A stretch of DNA of 64,000 nucleotides from Lingula anatina (GCA_051362555.1 CM120643.1:1364001-1428000); one strand, 5' to 3'. Numbered from the stretch's first letter, positions 50,773-64,000 are shown. Notes: generated by a model from the letters alone, not told the origin. Numbers and translations: made by a program.

Positions 50773-52254
50773 TTGTTTTTTTTTTTTTTTTGTTAAGTTT
50801 TAATAATTTGCATTTAATTCTTTCATTGTTTCATTCTGATGAACCACAGGGCTTAGAGATTTAACAAATTGAATTGAAAGACCTCTCAGATAAGAATCAG
50901 TGTGTAATATGTTGGTCTGCTTAGTTAATTATCTCTCAGGTGTGTAGTTTCCATAAAAGAACCAAAGAGCCATTCTGCTGCACTGTAATTATCCATGAAA
51001 ATTTGAAAGACCAGATGTGTCAAGGACACTGAATTTGAAGTTCCACCCTTACTAGTATGCATTTCAATTGAAGGACCACTGTTCTTTGCTTAGATAGAAA
51101 TCAGTTTGCTTATGTAGGTGCTATATAATGAAATGAGAATCTTTCTGCTTTGAATACAATGCTACTTAGTAATCTATAGTAAATGGGGACTGAAAATATA
51201 CATCTTTTTTTAATCATGAGACCTGTTATAATAAATTTGATCAATCTAGGCTTATTGTGACATATATTTTTCATAATTCTTTTTTTCTTATTTATTTTAG
51301 ACAAGATGGCTGACCAACTTGGTAGAGTGAGACCCAAAAGATAAAGACCTTATCCTGAGAATGCCAAAGAGTTGGATGTACAGAATATTAAAGCAACAGC
51401 TATATGTGACATATCTGACACAATAACACAACTAAAAGAAGTTTGTGAAAATGACAATGGCAAAGAAAACTGTGGTCCTAACTTCTCTTATAGCGAAGAA
51501 GAGTTGAGTAATGAAGTCCACTGTGATGGTGATTATAGTTACAGTGATGATGATCCGATGGAGATACCTGTGATGACCCATGTGACAAACCAATTTACCC
51601 TGATCATAACTTGACAGTGCACCTTAGTATTTTGCTCATTTTTCTGTATGCCGTGGTCTGCCCATGCAATTACTGGGAGTCAATTAAGTGATCTTCACAT
51701 GCTCATCAGTATACACTGGTTTGCAAACTCACCCTGGGCTAAAGAGTTTATTTGTTTTTAAGAAGTACTTCTCAGGAATGTCATCCCCTGATTTTTATGT
51801 TCATTGATAGTTGGTGGGTTACATCATAATTCAGTATTGCTCCAAATCTGCCTAAATCACGAAAACCCTATGAAATCTTAACATCATCCTGGTTACTCGG
51901 TTTTATAAGCAGTAAATCAAAGTATTAATTTGATAATAATACATAAGAACTTAAATTATATCAAGTACAAATGTTGTAATAAATAAATAATCATTTATAT
52001 AAGCCTTTGGAACTATTTTTTTTTATGTGGGGTTATGTAAATAAATAAATTTGGCCAAAAAGTGGGCAAAATCCATAACTGTACATGAATTGTTTGTTTG
52101 TTTTTTTTTTAGTACAATTTTGTTAGTTTGAGTAAGGATGGATTCGAAAATGGAAAAGAAGTTTTCAAATGCCTATATCTTGATTATTTCAAAAAAAAAA
52201 AAGTTAATTTCTATTTTTATAAGTTTTTTGCAAACTGTAAGCAAATAGCCCTTT

Positions 52255-52740
52255 TTTTTTTTTTTGCAAACTTCTTGTGAACTGTAAGTTGATTTCTAAG
52301 TTTCTTGCAAACTTATCGCGAACTGTAAGTAATTGTCTAAGTTTCTTGCAAACTTATCGCGAACTGTAAGTAATTGTCTAAGTTTCTTGCAAACTTATCG
52401 CGAACTGTAAGTAATTGTCTAAGTTTCTTGCAAACTTGTCGCGAACTGTAAGTAAATGTCTAAGTTTCTTGCAAACTTCTTGTGAATTGTAAGTTGATGT
52501 CTAAGTTTCTTGCAAACTTATGGCGAACTGTAAGTAATTGACTAAGTTTCTTGCAAACTTTTCGCAAACTGTAAGTAATTGTTTAAGTTTCTTGCAAACT
52601 TATGGCGAACTGTAAGTAATTGACTAAGTTTCTCGCAAACTTTTCGCAAACTGTAAGTAATTGTTTAAGTTTCTTGCAAACTTCTTGTGAATTGTAAGTT
52701 TATGTCCAAGTTTCTTGCAAACATATCGCAAACTGTAAGT
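52255..52740. repeat. 41-bp minisatellite (~11 copies) near the right end of the EnSpm element
   Basis: Unit CTAAGTTTCTTGCAAACTTATCGCGAACTGTAAGTAATTGT, head-to-tail with no unique spacers. Confidence 0.9.
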
Positions 52741-54335
52741 AGACTGCTGAGTATCTCGCAAATTTTATGCAAACTAAGTAAATGTCATCTTGCAAACTTC
52801 TCCCAAACTATTAACAAATGTCCAAGTGTCTTCAGGTGTCTTCAGACTTCTCATAAGCTAAAGTTTATAAATTTCTTAGTTTCGTGCAAAAATCTCATAA
52901 GCTGTTAGTTAACTTGGTCTTTTTTTTTCTTCTTTTTTTAAACTTAATACTAATATTTTGGCTTGAACATGGCACTTCCTGACACCCATGTTCAGTGCAA
53001 ACATCATTAATTTAACTGTATGTTAGTAAAAAAAGGTATGGACTTTCTTGCAAAACTCAGGCAAACTTTTATATGAAAAAGAATTTGCAAATTTGCTGCA
53101 AACATGAAACAATTTTTTGCAATTTCTTGCAAACGAATTAACTTGGTGTGTATAAAAGCTGAGTTTCTTGCAAACCTTTATGTAAATGAGGAGTTTATTG
53201 CAAATTTACTGCATTTGCAACAATGTTAGTCTTTCTTGCAAACTTCCTGCAAAATGTTATGTAAATGAAGGTTTTCTTGCAAATTTTCTGCAAATTTGCA
53301 ACAGGGTATATTTATCCTTGCAAACTTTCTTCAGGCTTTTATGTAAATGAGCAGTTTCTTGCAAATTTGCTGCAAATTTGCAACAGTGTATAGTCTTTCT
53401 TGCAAACTTCCAGCAAACTTTTATGTAAATGAGGGTCTTCTTGCAAATTTTCTGCAAATTTGCAAGAAAATAGAAGCTTTCTTGCAAATTTGCTGCGAAT
53501 TCGCTAGAAAATGATAGTTTTCTTGCGAACTACCTGCAAACTTTTAATCTTCCTACAAATTTGCAGCAAATTTGCAACAACTGTGATTTTTCTTGCAACA
53601 ACCTGCAAACAGTTTCTTGCAAACTATTTGGTTTGCGGCAAATTTGCTGCAAATTTTTTGCAAGTTTGCTGCAAACTTTTCATTTTGCTAAGGGCTAAGA
53701 TTAGTTATTCAAAGACCGATCCACACGGTTACCATGATGACCAATCAACTGGTTGACCAATGGCTGAATAAACTGTTGTTTATTACTGATTTCAAGTCAA
53801 ACGATTTTATCGGTAGGGCCAATAGTGAGAAGAGCCGAGTGCTAGCTGGTCTAGGAACTAAATATAGCGGACCTACATGCAAGGAATATCGATTAATCCT
53901 GTAATGGTCTCTCCGTCTCTCACACGCCCCCTACGCGTCGTCCCTCGCATTGGGACGAGATTTAATTACTGTGCCCCTGCAGTAGTAGACTTAGAACAAT
54001 ATTAATTCAATGGAAGTAATGCAGTTAACTATAACGAAACATACGCACAGAAGTTAGCTTATCAATATTATCAATACAGTGAATATAGCACGTATTCAAG
54101 AACATGGTACTGGGTAGTTTTAGTTTAATCACGGAATATTTTGCCAGCTTCTCAACATACCTTGCACGACGCAGATTGAACGTCCTTTAGCGCCTTTGTT
54201 ATAACAGGAGCACACGCTGTAGACCTACTTAAGTACGACACGACATATGTTGTTCACTGTAGCTAATGAAAATCAAAATGGCGATCGCAAAGAAAGCTCA
54301 ATGGTGAAACTATGGGATTGGCGAGAGGACGCAGA

Positions 54336-57300
54336 CTCGCTTTAGGAGAAACCGGCAATCCAGGTCAGAAAATGGCGGAAACGGCAAATCAGGACACAGG
54401 CAAATCAGGACAGTAATAGATGGCGCAGCAGTAGAACATCATCAATACTAGAATTAGCAAGGAGAGGGATTTTGCTTTTAATTAAATAATACGTGAACCT
54501 TTTCTAGAACTTGATTCACTTTAGTATTAAGTATCTTATTATGATACACCCAATATAGGCCCTACCAATTAAATTTAAGCGTTATTATATCCAAGATTTT
54601 TAAGTTACTAAGCTTCAATTGTGACTTTTAAGCAACAGTACGTGGCATATGGGTAGGCCTACCCTCTACCAGGGCGACAGATTGATTTTCCACAGATATT
54701 CACAGATATATCTAAAGATAAATAGACTGTCATTTTGGCTCTCAGCAAAAAATGTCCACAATAATAACTGCGGCCCTGGTAGAGAGTAGCATATGAGTAT
54801 GTACGGTACGTGGTTTTAAGTTCACGCCCATCACTCAATCAAATAATATATATAGAGAGCAACAACGAAAAAAGGTTTAGTTAAAAGAAAATTCACTTTT
54901 GCATTGTTAATGTATAGGCCTACTATATAATGCATGCATGTATGAAGAAGTTGTTATATAGAAAAAAACAGTAGGCCTTATATTTACCCGGACCCTGGAC
55001 TCGTGTTAATTCAAAATATATTACCATCATCAACATCAAAAAGGCAATAATTTTCAGAACAAAATTTAACAATGTTGAACAGATAGGCCTATAACAGAGA
55101 AGGGGACAAATTTGCATTTGTAAAACAAATAAAAAATAAACGTTAATAATTTCTTAAACCGCCGTACATCTAGCCCACCAGATGTGCAGAGATAAGAGGT
55201 CATTTTAGAGGCGATATCAAAAAGTTATTTACGTATCTCCCCCCTTCTCTCTCTCTCTCTGATCTTTCAATGGGTTATCTGATATCATAGATAATTATTT
55301 TTATCCATTTCTTTATAAGATTAGATCTATACAAATTTTAAAAAGTAACAAAGAAATGTAGTGGGATATTTAACAGATATGTCAAGGAGACAGTTATTTT
55401 TACAAATCGTTGTAAAATGTGGAAAAAAAAGGAAATAACAATAATTTTAACGTAAAAGATTTACTGTCCTGATTTGCCGTTTTCTCCCAAATGTAACTGA
55501 TACCACATGAGTGGTGAAGTCATTAGAGAAAGCAAACGCAGGAGTTGAAAGGCATTTAACGCCCCCCTCCTGCTTCTTTACACAGTTCTCTTTCTCTTCC
55601 TTTCTCACACATTTTCTCTCTCTAATCCTTCAATAGGTTTTCTGCTTTATTTCCTTTATTTATTTTTCCTTCCTCTACGAGATTATATATATTTTTTAGA
55701 AGAAAAAAATTGTGGGACATTTAACAGATACACTGTATGTCTAGGAGACACTTTTTTTTTACAAATCATTGTAAAATGTGAAGAAAAAAAGGAAGTAACA
55801 ATAACATTAACGTAAAAGATTTACTGTCCTGATTTGCCGTTTACTCCCAAATGTAACTGATACCACATAAGTGGAGAAGTCATTAGAGAAAGCGAACGCA
55901 GGAGTTCATCTGGCAAAGGTATGGCATGCCAGATGTGGACCAGAAGTGGGCCAGATTAGGGCGGGACATGGACCACATATGGCCCAGATTGTTTTTTTTT
56001 CTTTTTTTTTTTAAATTATTTTTAATTATTCAATAAGATTACTATAAAAAAAGACATACAAGATTCAAGATTCAAGTATTTATTCTGTGCTAAAACCCTA
56101 AACAAAATTATTACACATTATATAACCTTGCTGGCAACTAACATGTAACACATTAAGGGCCACTCCTTGTCTTTTTGTACAAAACAATGTTTGAAAAAAA
56201 AAAAACTACACTGCAAAAAGGCAAATATACAGACACTTGACAGGAGGAAATGTCACTTACATACATGTAAAGAAAACAGTTATAACAACTTTTTTTTTTT
56301 CAACACAAAGCTGCTCATCGAATCTGAATTAACACAAATTACAAAAATTGTAATTAATCATGCATGGGGGGGGGGTTGAGGGGGAAATATTTTTGCACAC
56401 CTCAACCTAAATAATATTATACAGTCATTTTTAAACTAATTCAAACATATCATTAATAATAATAATCACTAATGAATATAGTTTTGTAATAAATAAATCT
56501 TGAATAATGAATGAAAAAACATTGTTTTTTAGATGATGGAGAGTTATAACAAAATTATAAATAACCATGCAGTAACTGTTTCAATTCAACTTGCATGCTG
56601 GCTACAGTACTGTACATACATGTAAATTCTGAAAAAAAAATATGTATACTCCAGCACAGATATAGATGTACAATTAAAAGAGAATTACATGTGCACAAAA
56701 ACAAACCCCAGTATCAATGCTTTTGAATTAAATCACATCACGAATCAAATCACTCAATGAATTGAACCAGTTTGCAATGCTTGCGCTTTTTTCAAATCCA
56801 TAACACTAGGAAATGATACATCCGGCTCCTTGACAAGCTTATAAAAGGAATCAACAATGGGACAAGTAACTCTACCAAGTTAACAACAGTTCACTCAAAT
56901 GTCAAGTCAAAACACAACATCCCTTCCTTTCTTGGAGAGAAACGATCCTTTCGAAACATGTTAATTGACAGTTCAGTCTTTAAAATGTCTTTTCAAACAT
57001 TTGCAGAATAGCATATGAACTCCAACTTTTATTCCTTAAACCACACTGAAAATTCTCAAAACTATAATCAACTCGTATCAAATCCCATGTCCTTTCACTA
57101 CTACTGGTCTCTTCCTTTACGTCACATTCAAATGTTCCCTTCACTTTTAAAGGTTTCTCAGACGTGTATGAATAATACTGTTTGTTTTCTGGTCCTCCAC
57201 AAGAGCCACATTTATTTTTCTTGGATTTCAGCATTCTCCATGTATTTTCATCAATGATATTACAATATGCACCTGAATCTGGTAATACACTGAGATTAAC

Positions 57301-58653
57301 ACCTCCTCTATTTCCTCCATGTCTTCTGTGTATATTGCATTAGCTCCCACACCAAATGTATATGCACTCCTGGATTATCATGTTCAAAGCTGTCATTTAC
57401 ATGAATAATAGTTTCAGTTTTGCAGACTTTTGCAGAGTGATCCAACGTTCCATGTTTTCTCAGTAGGGGAGTTTCTACTTCGTTTTTCATGTCTAAACTC
57501 GTTATGTTTAGACTGGCTTGGTTTGTCAAATGACTTCGGTTTCATCATACTCACAGTTTCTGGTGTTCCAATTTCATTCAAAGCGTTAACTGTCTTATGT
57601 ATATTCATGTTTCTAACCTGTGTTTGGGAGAGTCCTGAAAATATATTGTACACCTGTCCCTGCTGAATACAACATAAGCGCGCGTCTCCTCTGTCATGTA
57701 TTTTTAATTTTCTCTCTTTGTTCATTATTCATGCCGTCCGTTGGTTTTGAAAAGATCAATCTTTTCCGTCAGCGAAGAGGTTAAAACTGTCTAGCCATCG
57801 CGTCGAGCGTGACCCTAATGTCTCCGGACTTCTGTACTGTTCGAATTCCGTAATTTCACATTTTTCCTCCATTTTTTCAAAGAAAGTTGGCTCACAGTTT
57901 TGCACTAGTGTTAATCCTCGTCGCCAGTGTTGATGCCTTTGAAATAAATCGCATCACGAATCAAATCACTCAACGAATTGTATCAGTTTGATACGCTTGC
58001 AGTGCTTTTTTCATATCCATAACTCTAAGAAACGCTACATCCGGGTCCTTGAGCGGCTTAGCATAAAAAGCGGAATCTTACAACAGCGGAACGAGTAGTT
58101 CAAAAAAGTTTTAGAACAGTGAATTCATTCAAATGTCAAGTCAAATTAAACAAATAGCACACTTATGAGGGGACTTTGAAGAAAAGAGAGAGAGATAAAT
58201 TAAATCAAAATTTATCAAATGACGTCAGTTCAATGCATTCAGCTCACTGGTCAATAAAAAATAAATAAATAGAAAATAAAAATTGAAAATGAAAGTACCA
58301 TATCTGGCCCAATTCTGGGCAGCATCTGGCAAAATGTGGCATAAATGCCAGACTTTGCCAGACTTGGCCCAGATCTGGCAAGTGTCTGGCAAAATGTGGC
58401 ATAAATGCCATGCAGACTTTGCCAGACTTGGCCCAGATCTGGCAAGTGTCTGGCAAAATCTGGCCCAGATATTGCCAGACGTTGCCAGATCTGGGCCAGA
58501 CGTGGGCCAGATTACTGAGGCTGTCTGGGGTGTATCTGTTAAATGTCCCACATCTTTTATTTCCCATTTTAAAATGTAGAATCTTGTATAGAAATTAAAA
58601 AAAAATAAGTAAAGGAACTAAAGCAGAAAACATATTGAAAGATCAGAGAGAAA

Positions 58654-58727
<74 letters not shown>

Positions 58728-59114
58728 TGGGAAAAAGCATTATTTTTATATTTAAAAAGAGTCTGAAAACACATATTTATAGATTTAAACCCTTGCAACA
58801 ATTCAAGATAACATTTCTTTTTTTCCAAAATCGCTTTAATATATATCTTTATAATAACTATATAAGCCGATATAAACAAGGAGCAAAATATTTCCAAACT
58901 GTGTAGGTACAAAAGAAAAATGTAGGCCTAAATAGATTTAATCCATAATAATGCAATTGTTGGCCCCGACGAAGGCGATCTTTCTTCATTTGCCCCCGAA
59001 AAGCACAATGTCCTCTATATTCTACTGCTACGCCATCTATTAACAACTGTCCTGATTTGCCTGTGTCCTGATTTGCCGTTTCTGACCTAGATTGCCGGTT
59101 TCTCCTAAAGCGAG
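54336..59114. mobile_element. Foldback-type element with ~100-bp terminal inverted repeats and internal repeats
   Basis: CTCGCTTTAGGAGAAACCGGCAATC..AAATCAGGACAG..TAGATGGCG at 54336-54440 is inverted at 59015-59114. There is an internal tandem duplication (~55240-55545 / ~55610-55905). The TSD is unclear. Confidence 0.65.
58295..58529. repeat. Subterminal GCCAGA/TCTGGC repeat array ending in GCTGTCTGGG (EnSpm-like terminus)
   Basis: Many short direct and inverted copies of TCTGGC/GCCAGA. A partner array lies at ~55908-55990. Confidence 0.55.
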
Positions 59115-60226
59115 GCAGCATCATATGGAGTGTATCACTGGTCAGTCCGGCGTTCATTTCTGCTGAGGTGTGGTCAGACAGCAACGCTGTCCAGATGTGG
59201 CGTGATAATGACGCCAAACGTGCCCAATAACCTCTGGTTTGTCTTCAGTGTCATACCATATGGACGCGACAGGACACCTTAATGCTATTGTAACACAATT
59301 ACCCTGGTAACTTGAGCAACTGTGAGCTCCTCTGGGTGGCTGGAGTAACGTGGATCTGTTTTCTTTTGTCTGGTCTTTTATCTCATTAGAAGAAACGTTT
59401 TTGTATTCTGTAATTGTGTTCGTCTCCGAGACGCACCTGGGGCTGTTGTTCACAAAGAAAGGTCATTTCTGTATTTGTGATGCCTACGTGAAGTTCTTTT
59501 ATTTGCCAGGGGTCCTTTGTCTAAAGCTAGTAAGAGGTTTTTCAATAGCTTCTGTCCTTTTAAGCTGTTTCTCGTTTTAACACTAAACTTGAGTTTTTAT
59601 TGTCTGTTTAAAACAGTTTTTTTGAATTACTGAGTGTGTGTGTGTGTGTGTGTGTGTGAACTTTATCAGCTGAATGAATTGTTTGCATTTTTATCAATGT
59701 GCCAAGAAATAATAGCTTATATGACATTTTTAAAGTATCTTTAAATCGATTAAAACAATATTCTTTTACATTTTTACACCGGATAGCGATCCACGGTACA
59801 AACGCCAGAAACAGCAAATGCGCTGGAGTACATCACGTGCCATTATTGTTTACCACATATATAAATAAGAACATAAATATGATGTTCCGTTTAAAAAAAT
59901 CCTTACTGAAGTTTTTCAAACTGACATTTTCATGATTGTAATCGCTTGAAGACGTTTCGTTTCCTGTTATCGATGCGTCCTTCATATTCAGTTTTGTAAT
60001 GTTCAAGTTAACTCGCAAGAAAATCTGCTGATGAAATATTTGTCAGTATACCGGTATATCCCAGTGTTGTTAGAGTGTGTCTCTGCGTTGTCAGTGTGCG
60101 TGTCTCAGTGCACAAGAAAATCCCATTTGAATGAGCACAGCCAGGTCATTGAACATAATATATTGAACACAAGTACCAATCTGATCAATATATTTAAAGT
60201 AGTTTTTTTAGCCAAAATACAGAACT

Positions 60227-60425
60227 GCAGGGGCGGATCAGGGAGAGGACCTGTTTTTTTAAGGCATTTGGTACGGTTTAGAACTATGATTCAGCAAATC
60301 AATTTTCCAATCTCAAAAGGGGAATACTAGTTTTTAATATTAGATAAAATTTTGGATTTTTTGCAGAAACCGAAGGGGGGGTTCAGGACCCCCCTCACCC
60401 CCCCCCCCCATCAAATCCGCTAATG
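60227..60425. mobile_element. Short hAT-like MITE remnant
   Basis: CAGGGGCGGATC at the left and a degenerate AATCCGCTAATG at the right, with an internal GGGGGGTTC..ACCCCCC hairpin. Confidence 0.45.
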
Positions 60426-62010
60426 GAACAGGGAACAGAGAAAAAGTTTTGAAGGAATGGACATAAAAGCATTAATATCATTGTGAATGTGTCTGCGTTT
60501 TAAATCCTGTATTCTACTAGGGTCAAATGTTACAATTGACTTCAATTTAATTTTTCTATTAAGCTGTTATCAGTGAAACCAGCGCGGACCCAAGTTATGG
60601 GATGCTGCTAATCCATCCGCAGCTGCCTCCAAATCGCGGTTTGGGCATGGATGTTTAAATTTTTTTTTTGTGTGTGTGACGCGGATGACTGCATATGCAC
60701 AACGACAGCATTTATTGCTGTATCTGTTCCGAGATAGCTCCATTGCGGACAGGGTTAAATTTGTTAGGGTTAACTTCTAAAATTTGTTAGCATCAATTTG
60801 TTAAATTATTCACGAGCAATGTGCACTGCTACTCAGGTAACGGCCTGGCCTGAGGTCGATTAGATCAATTAAATACCATCGTTCGAGGTTTACTCTCTAT
60901 TACAGGTTTTAGACCTCTTAAGGTATGTGTTGCCACCAAGTAACTCGTGTCTCAACAATCACCACGGCGTATGTTATGGCTCTATTCTGCTCCTCAGGTC
61001 AAATTCGGTCCCTTAGTTCTAAATTGTTTAGTATACATAGCATTACCTCCTAGAAGTTCAAACGAGAATATTTTAACACGTGTACAGGTTGCAGACATGT
61101 ACTAGTATAATCAGAGTTATCTTGCTTTGGTAGTGGAGACAAGAGGAAAAACAATACGAAAACTAATACTAGTCACGAGGTTATGGATAATATTAACCGC
61201 TCGAGGTCTCACAACCCTGACATCGGCGTTTGATTTCCACTATAAACTCCCTTACTGCGTTAATAAGGCCGTTCACTAGCTTTAATGTTACCTCAGCGTC
61301 AGTTAACTCGTCTGTGGCGAGGTTTTACCCCGGTCAATTAAATTACAGTGTGGACGGAAAGTGCTCACCGCCGAGGACAACCCGTTAATTTATATGCGCT
61401 CAGTGGTTTCACTTATTTTACAAGAATGTGAACAGTTCAGCACAGCAGTTCTTTTGTTTGCTAAAATGTATTATAGTCCTTGACTGGATAATCTATTAAA
61501 ATCGTTCGCTGTTCGACCTGGGCCGTCTGAGACGTAACACTCAGATTATTAAGCTTTGTGAAAGAAACGATAATCCCACAAAACACTTCTTTAATGCCCG
61601 GATGTCGATATTACCTTGCGTCGATCATGAATATGAACTGCTGGCGAGGAGAACCGTAAGGAAGACGGTTGTCAGCACATCGGGTAAATCTGCACTGTGC
61701 GGCACAGTCTGTACATTGTGTTAGTTGCGACTGTACATGTAGATTGCGTTTTGAAGGGCCCAACATTTGCAACAGTATATTTCATTTGCACAACGAAGGG
61801 AAAACGCTGTATCTTGCCAGAACATTCATTTGTGAAATAAGGCTGTATTAACAAACTTATTCACTCTCTCTATAAAAACTACAAATCGCTCGCTAACTGA
61901 AAAATTATTAAAGACTAAATAAAAGTAAGCAAGGATTTTTATTTAGTTTTTCGTTAGTTTTTCAAAGTAGACCTATTCGTTGAATATGTTATCATCATCA
62001 TCATCATCAC

Positions 62011-62047
<37 letters not shown>

Positions 62048-62058
62048 TTGTTTTTCAG

Positions 62059-63546
62059 TCTCAATCAAGACGAGTACAAACCTTGGCAACATACATTCCC
62101 GGCGTGCAGCCGCCTCAGATTCTGGTGCAGAAGATAGACATCAAGGGGCCCAGTTTCCAGAGGGTCGTCATGCCTCAAATATCGCACTTCAAGATGGCGG
62201 ACCAGGACAAGGAAAGTCGTCTGCGGGGCCTTCTTTTCACCACATCCACCGCGCAGTGCCCTGATGACGTCACATTCCCGACACCTCCGGTTGGATGGCG
62301 TGTACAGGAGAACACGACACAGTATCTGAAGGTCAGTGAGGGTCAGTGCTTTTACCCTCCCGTCACAATCCCCATCCCCAATAGAGACGATAAGGTGATT
62401 GTTTTGCTAGATAAGGGGCGAAATTGTTCAATGGCTGATGACGGAGAGATTTTTGGAGGGGTTTATGACACGAAGAGTTGTCGTTTGGACAGTGTCACAT
62501 TTATCGCAACCGGTGTCACGCGCAGAAGCAGCGTTGTAGCAATCAGTACCACCACCACAGGGACCACTAGCGTCATTATCGCTGGTTGTGCAGAGAACAA
62601 CGGGCCAACTCAGGGGTGTTTCAGGACAATTTCTATACAAACTATCCAAAGCAAAGAAAGTGGGAAGGAGCTATCAGTGGCCTTCGCTGTGTCCAAACCG
62701 ACTTACTTTGATAAAATGTCTCTTGTTCAGGGACTACCATTCAACTCCACCCTGTCTCAATCCTACATTTTTCTTACTCTAGACACGGAATTCGGCAAAC
62801 TGGGGTTTTCAGACCAAAGAAAAACAATGCTGGATATCAGGGAATCAGAAGTATCACTTGAAGTCCTTAAAGGCCTGGACATTCCAGACGGGGACCGGTT
62901 CCCCGTGGCGATATCTCCTGATGACAACTACGTCGCCGTCATAGGAGAACAGCGGGAAAAGAATCAAAACGCCAGCATCGTGTTACTGATATTCAGAAGG
63001 AATGATGACGGTTTTGTTCTCTGTGGCCACAGGGTCCTCGTATCAAGGGCCTCTGCGCGCGAGTTAAAGCCAACAGACGACTTCCCTACCCGTCACTGTG
63101 TGCTGGAGTTCAGAAAGGATTCAAAGTTGTTAGCTGTGAGCGCCGTTCGTGAGGAAGACCGCCGCCACTGCTTGAGCCTGATTGACCCACAGGGCGGCCA
63201 TGATGTCCAGTGTCTGCATGGAGAGGGAGAGGCTATACTTGGAGGAGCGTGGGTTGGTGCAGACTTCTGGACTGTCCATCAAGCTGTTGAAAAAGACGGT
63301 CAAATAAAAAGTCCAACAAAACTGACAAAATGGCACTCGCCAGCAGCAGGAGACAGTGAGCACACGGCCGATACTCAAGAACTTCAGGACTGTGATAGCG
63401 GACTGAAACTGGCGGATATGTTTTCACAAATCAAAGTAGCAGACGACGGGAAGATCGCTGCCATTACGTGTACTACTGTGAAAGGAAACGGAATCCATGT
63501 TGTGTCCATTCATAGCAATGGCAAGAAGACTGAGAATGAACAATAG
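62059..63546 (+). CDS. Large single exon, probable beta-propeller (WD40-like) protein; likely start MADQDK at 62194 (450 aa)
   Basis: Long open frame, TTTTTCAG acceptor before 62059, strong Kozak AAGATGG, and blade-like motifs VAISPDDNYVAV, LEFRKDSKLLAVS, IKVADDGKIAAI. Confidence 0.7.
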   Translation, partial: SQSRRVQTLATYIPGVQPPQILVQKIDIKGPSFQRVVMPQISHFKMADQDKESRLRGLLFTTSTAQCPDDVTFPTPPVGWRVQENTTQYLKVSEGQCFYPPVTIPIPNRDDKVIVLLDKGRNCSMADDGEIFGGVYDTKSCRLDSVTFIATGVTRRSSVVAISTTTTGTTSVIIAGCAENNGPTQGCFRTISIQTIQSKESGKELSVAFAVSKPTYFDKMSLVQGLPFNSTLSQSYIFLTLDTEFGKLGFSDQRKTMLDIRESEVSLEVLKGLDIPDGDRFPVAISPDDNYVAVIGEQREKNQNASIVLLIFRRNDDGFVLCGHRVLVSRASARELKPTDDFPTRHCVLEFRKDSKLLAVSAVREEDRRHCLSLIDPQGGHDVQCLHGEGEAILGGAWVGADFWTVHQAVEKDGQIKSPTKLTKWHSPAAGDSEHTADTQELQDCDSGLKLADMFSQIKVADDGKIAAITCTTVKGNGIHVVSIHSNGKKTENEQ

Positions 63547-63699
63547 TGAATGGTTTCATTCTGAACGTCTTAGATATTGGTGTGTTTTTATGGTAATCAT
63601 GCCTTTTTGTGATACACCTCTTTCTACTCACATGTACACTGTCGGAATTATTTGAATTAGGAAGACTGTGCCAATCTCGGTAAAATTGAACTTAAATTA

Positions 63700-64000
63700 A
63701 TTTGTTTAAAATTAAAAACGAGAAAATGACCCAATAAAGTAGTTGTTTAATTTAAATTATTATGCATAATAATGGACGACCAAAATTTGGCTAGCTAATT
63801 TAGACGATCTTTATTTTATTGATTCATTTTAATTGTATAGTTAACCTCAGTATGTGATTTCAGGAGAAAGGAAACATAACTCACAGCAGCCATGTGTTAT
63901 CAGCTCTACGGAGCTAACTTTGGTGGACTGTTTCAAATGTAATTTATTCAGCTTTAGAAATAATTATCTAATAGCAATGCCCATCTCACATTAAAACTGC
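63700..64000 (+). repeat. Copy of ~21955-22260 running off the window end
   Basis: Shared text such as TGGACGACCAAAATTTGGCTAGC..GGAAACATAACTCACAGCAGC..CCCATCTCACATTAAAACTGC. Confidence 0.9.

Larger units (their letters stand above)
35834..53694. mobile_element. Large (17.9 kb) EnSpm/CACTA (CMC)-type DNA transposon, degenerate
   Basis: 13-bp TIR CCCTTAGCAAAAT / ATTTTGCTAAGGG, a 2-bp TSD CT on both sides, and dense subterminal TTGCAAATTTGCTGCAAA repeats at both ends. A possible transposase N-terminal remnant (ITGSQLSDLHMLISIH) lies near 51670. Confidence 0.82.

Noticed and set aside
52255-52740. CRISPR-like regular repeats
   Set aside because: The 41-bp units are contiguous with no unique spacers, there are no cas genes and the context is eukaryotic. 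It is a transposon subterminal minisatellite.
59150-60200. Possible minus-strand membrane-protein exons
   Set aside because: There are in-frame stops and no recognisable motif, so it cannot be supported beyond a vague pseudogene guess.

Overview
AT-rich, intron-containing animal genomic DNA, probably from a marine invertebrate. It is not prokaryotic, and most short ORFs in the track are noise. The main result is a minus-strand gene assembled by hand from 15 phase-compatible GT-AG coding exons (34071 to 22998, about 1136 aa). It joins an N-terminal TIR domain, a ROC GTPase, a COR domain and a complete caspase (p20+p10, His/Cys dyad retained) in one polypeptide. Nearby are a DZIP3-type HEPN exon with an intact RxxxxH motif and a beta-propeller-like ORF. 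The rest is mobile DNA: an inverted Penelope-like element with two hammerhead ribozymes, an intact young Gypsy LTR element (PNMA-like gag, -1 frameshift), an ~17.9 kb EnSpm/CACTA-type element with nested hAT-like, Sola3-like and Helentron-like insertions, MITEs, SINEs and a local segmental duplication. All coordinates were read by eye and no database search was run.
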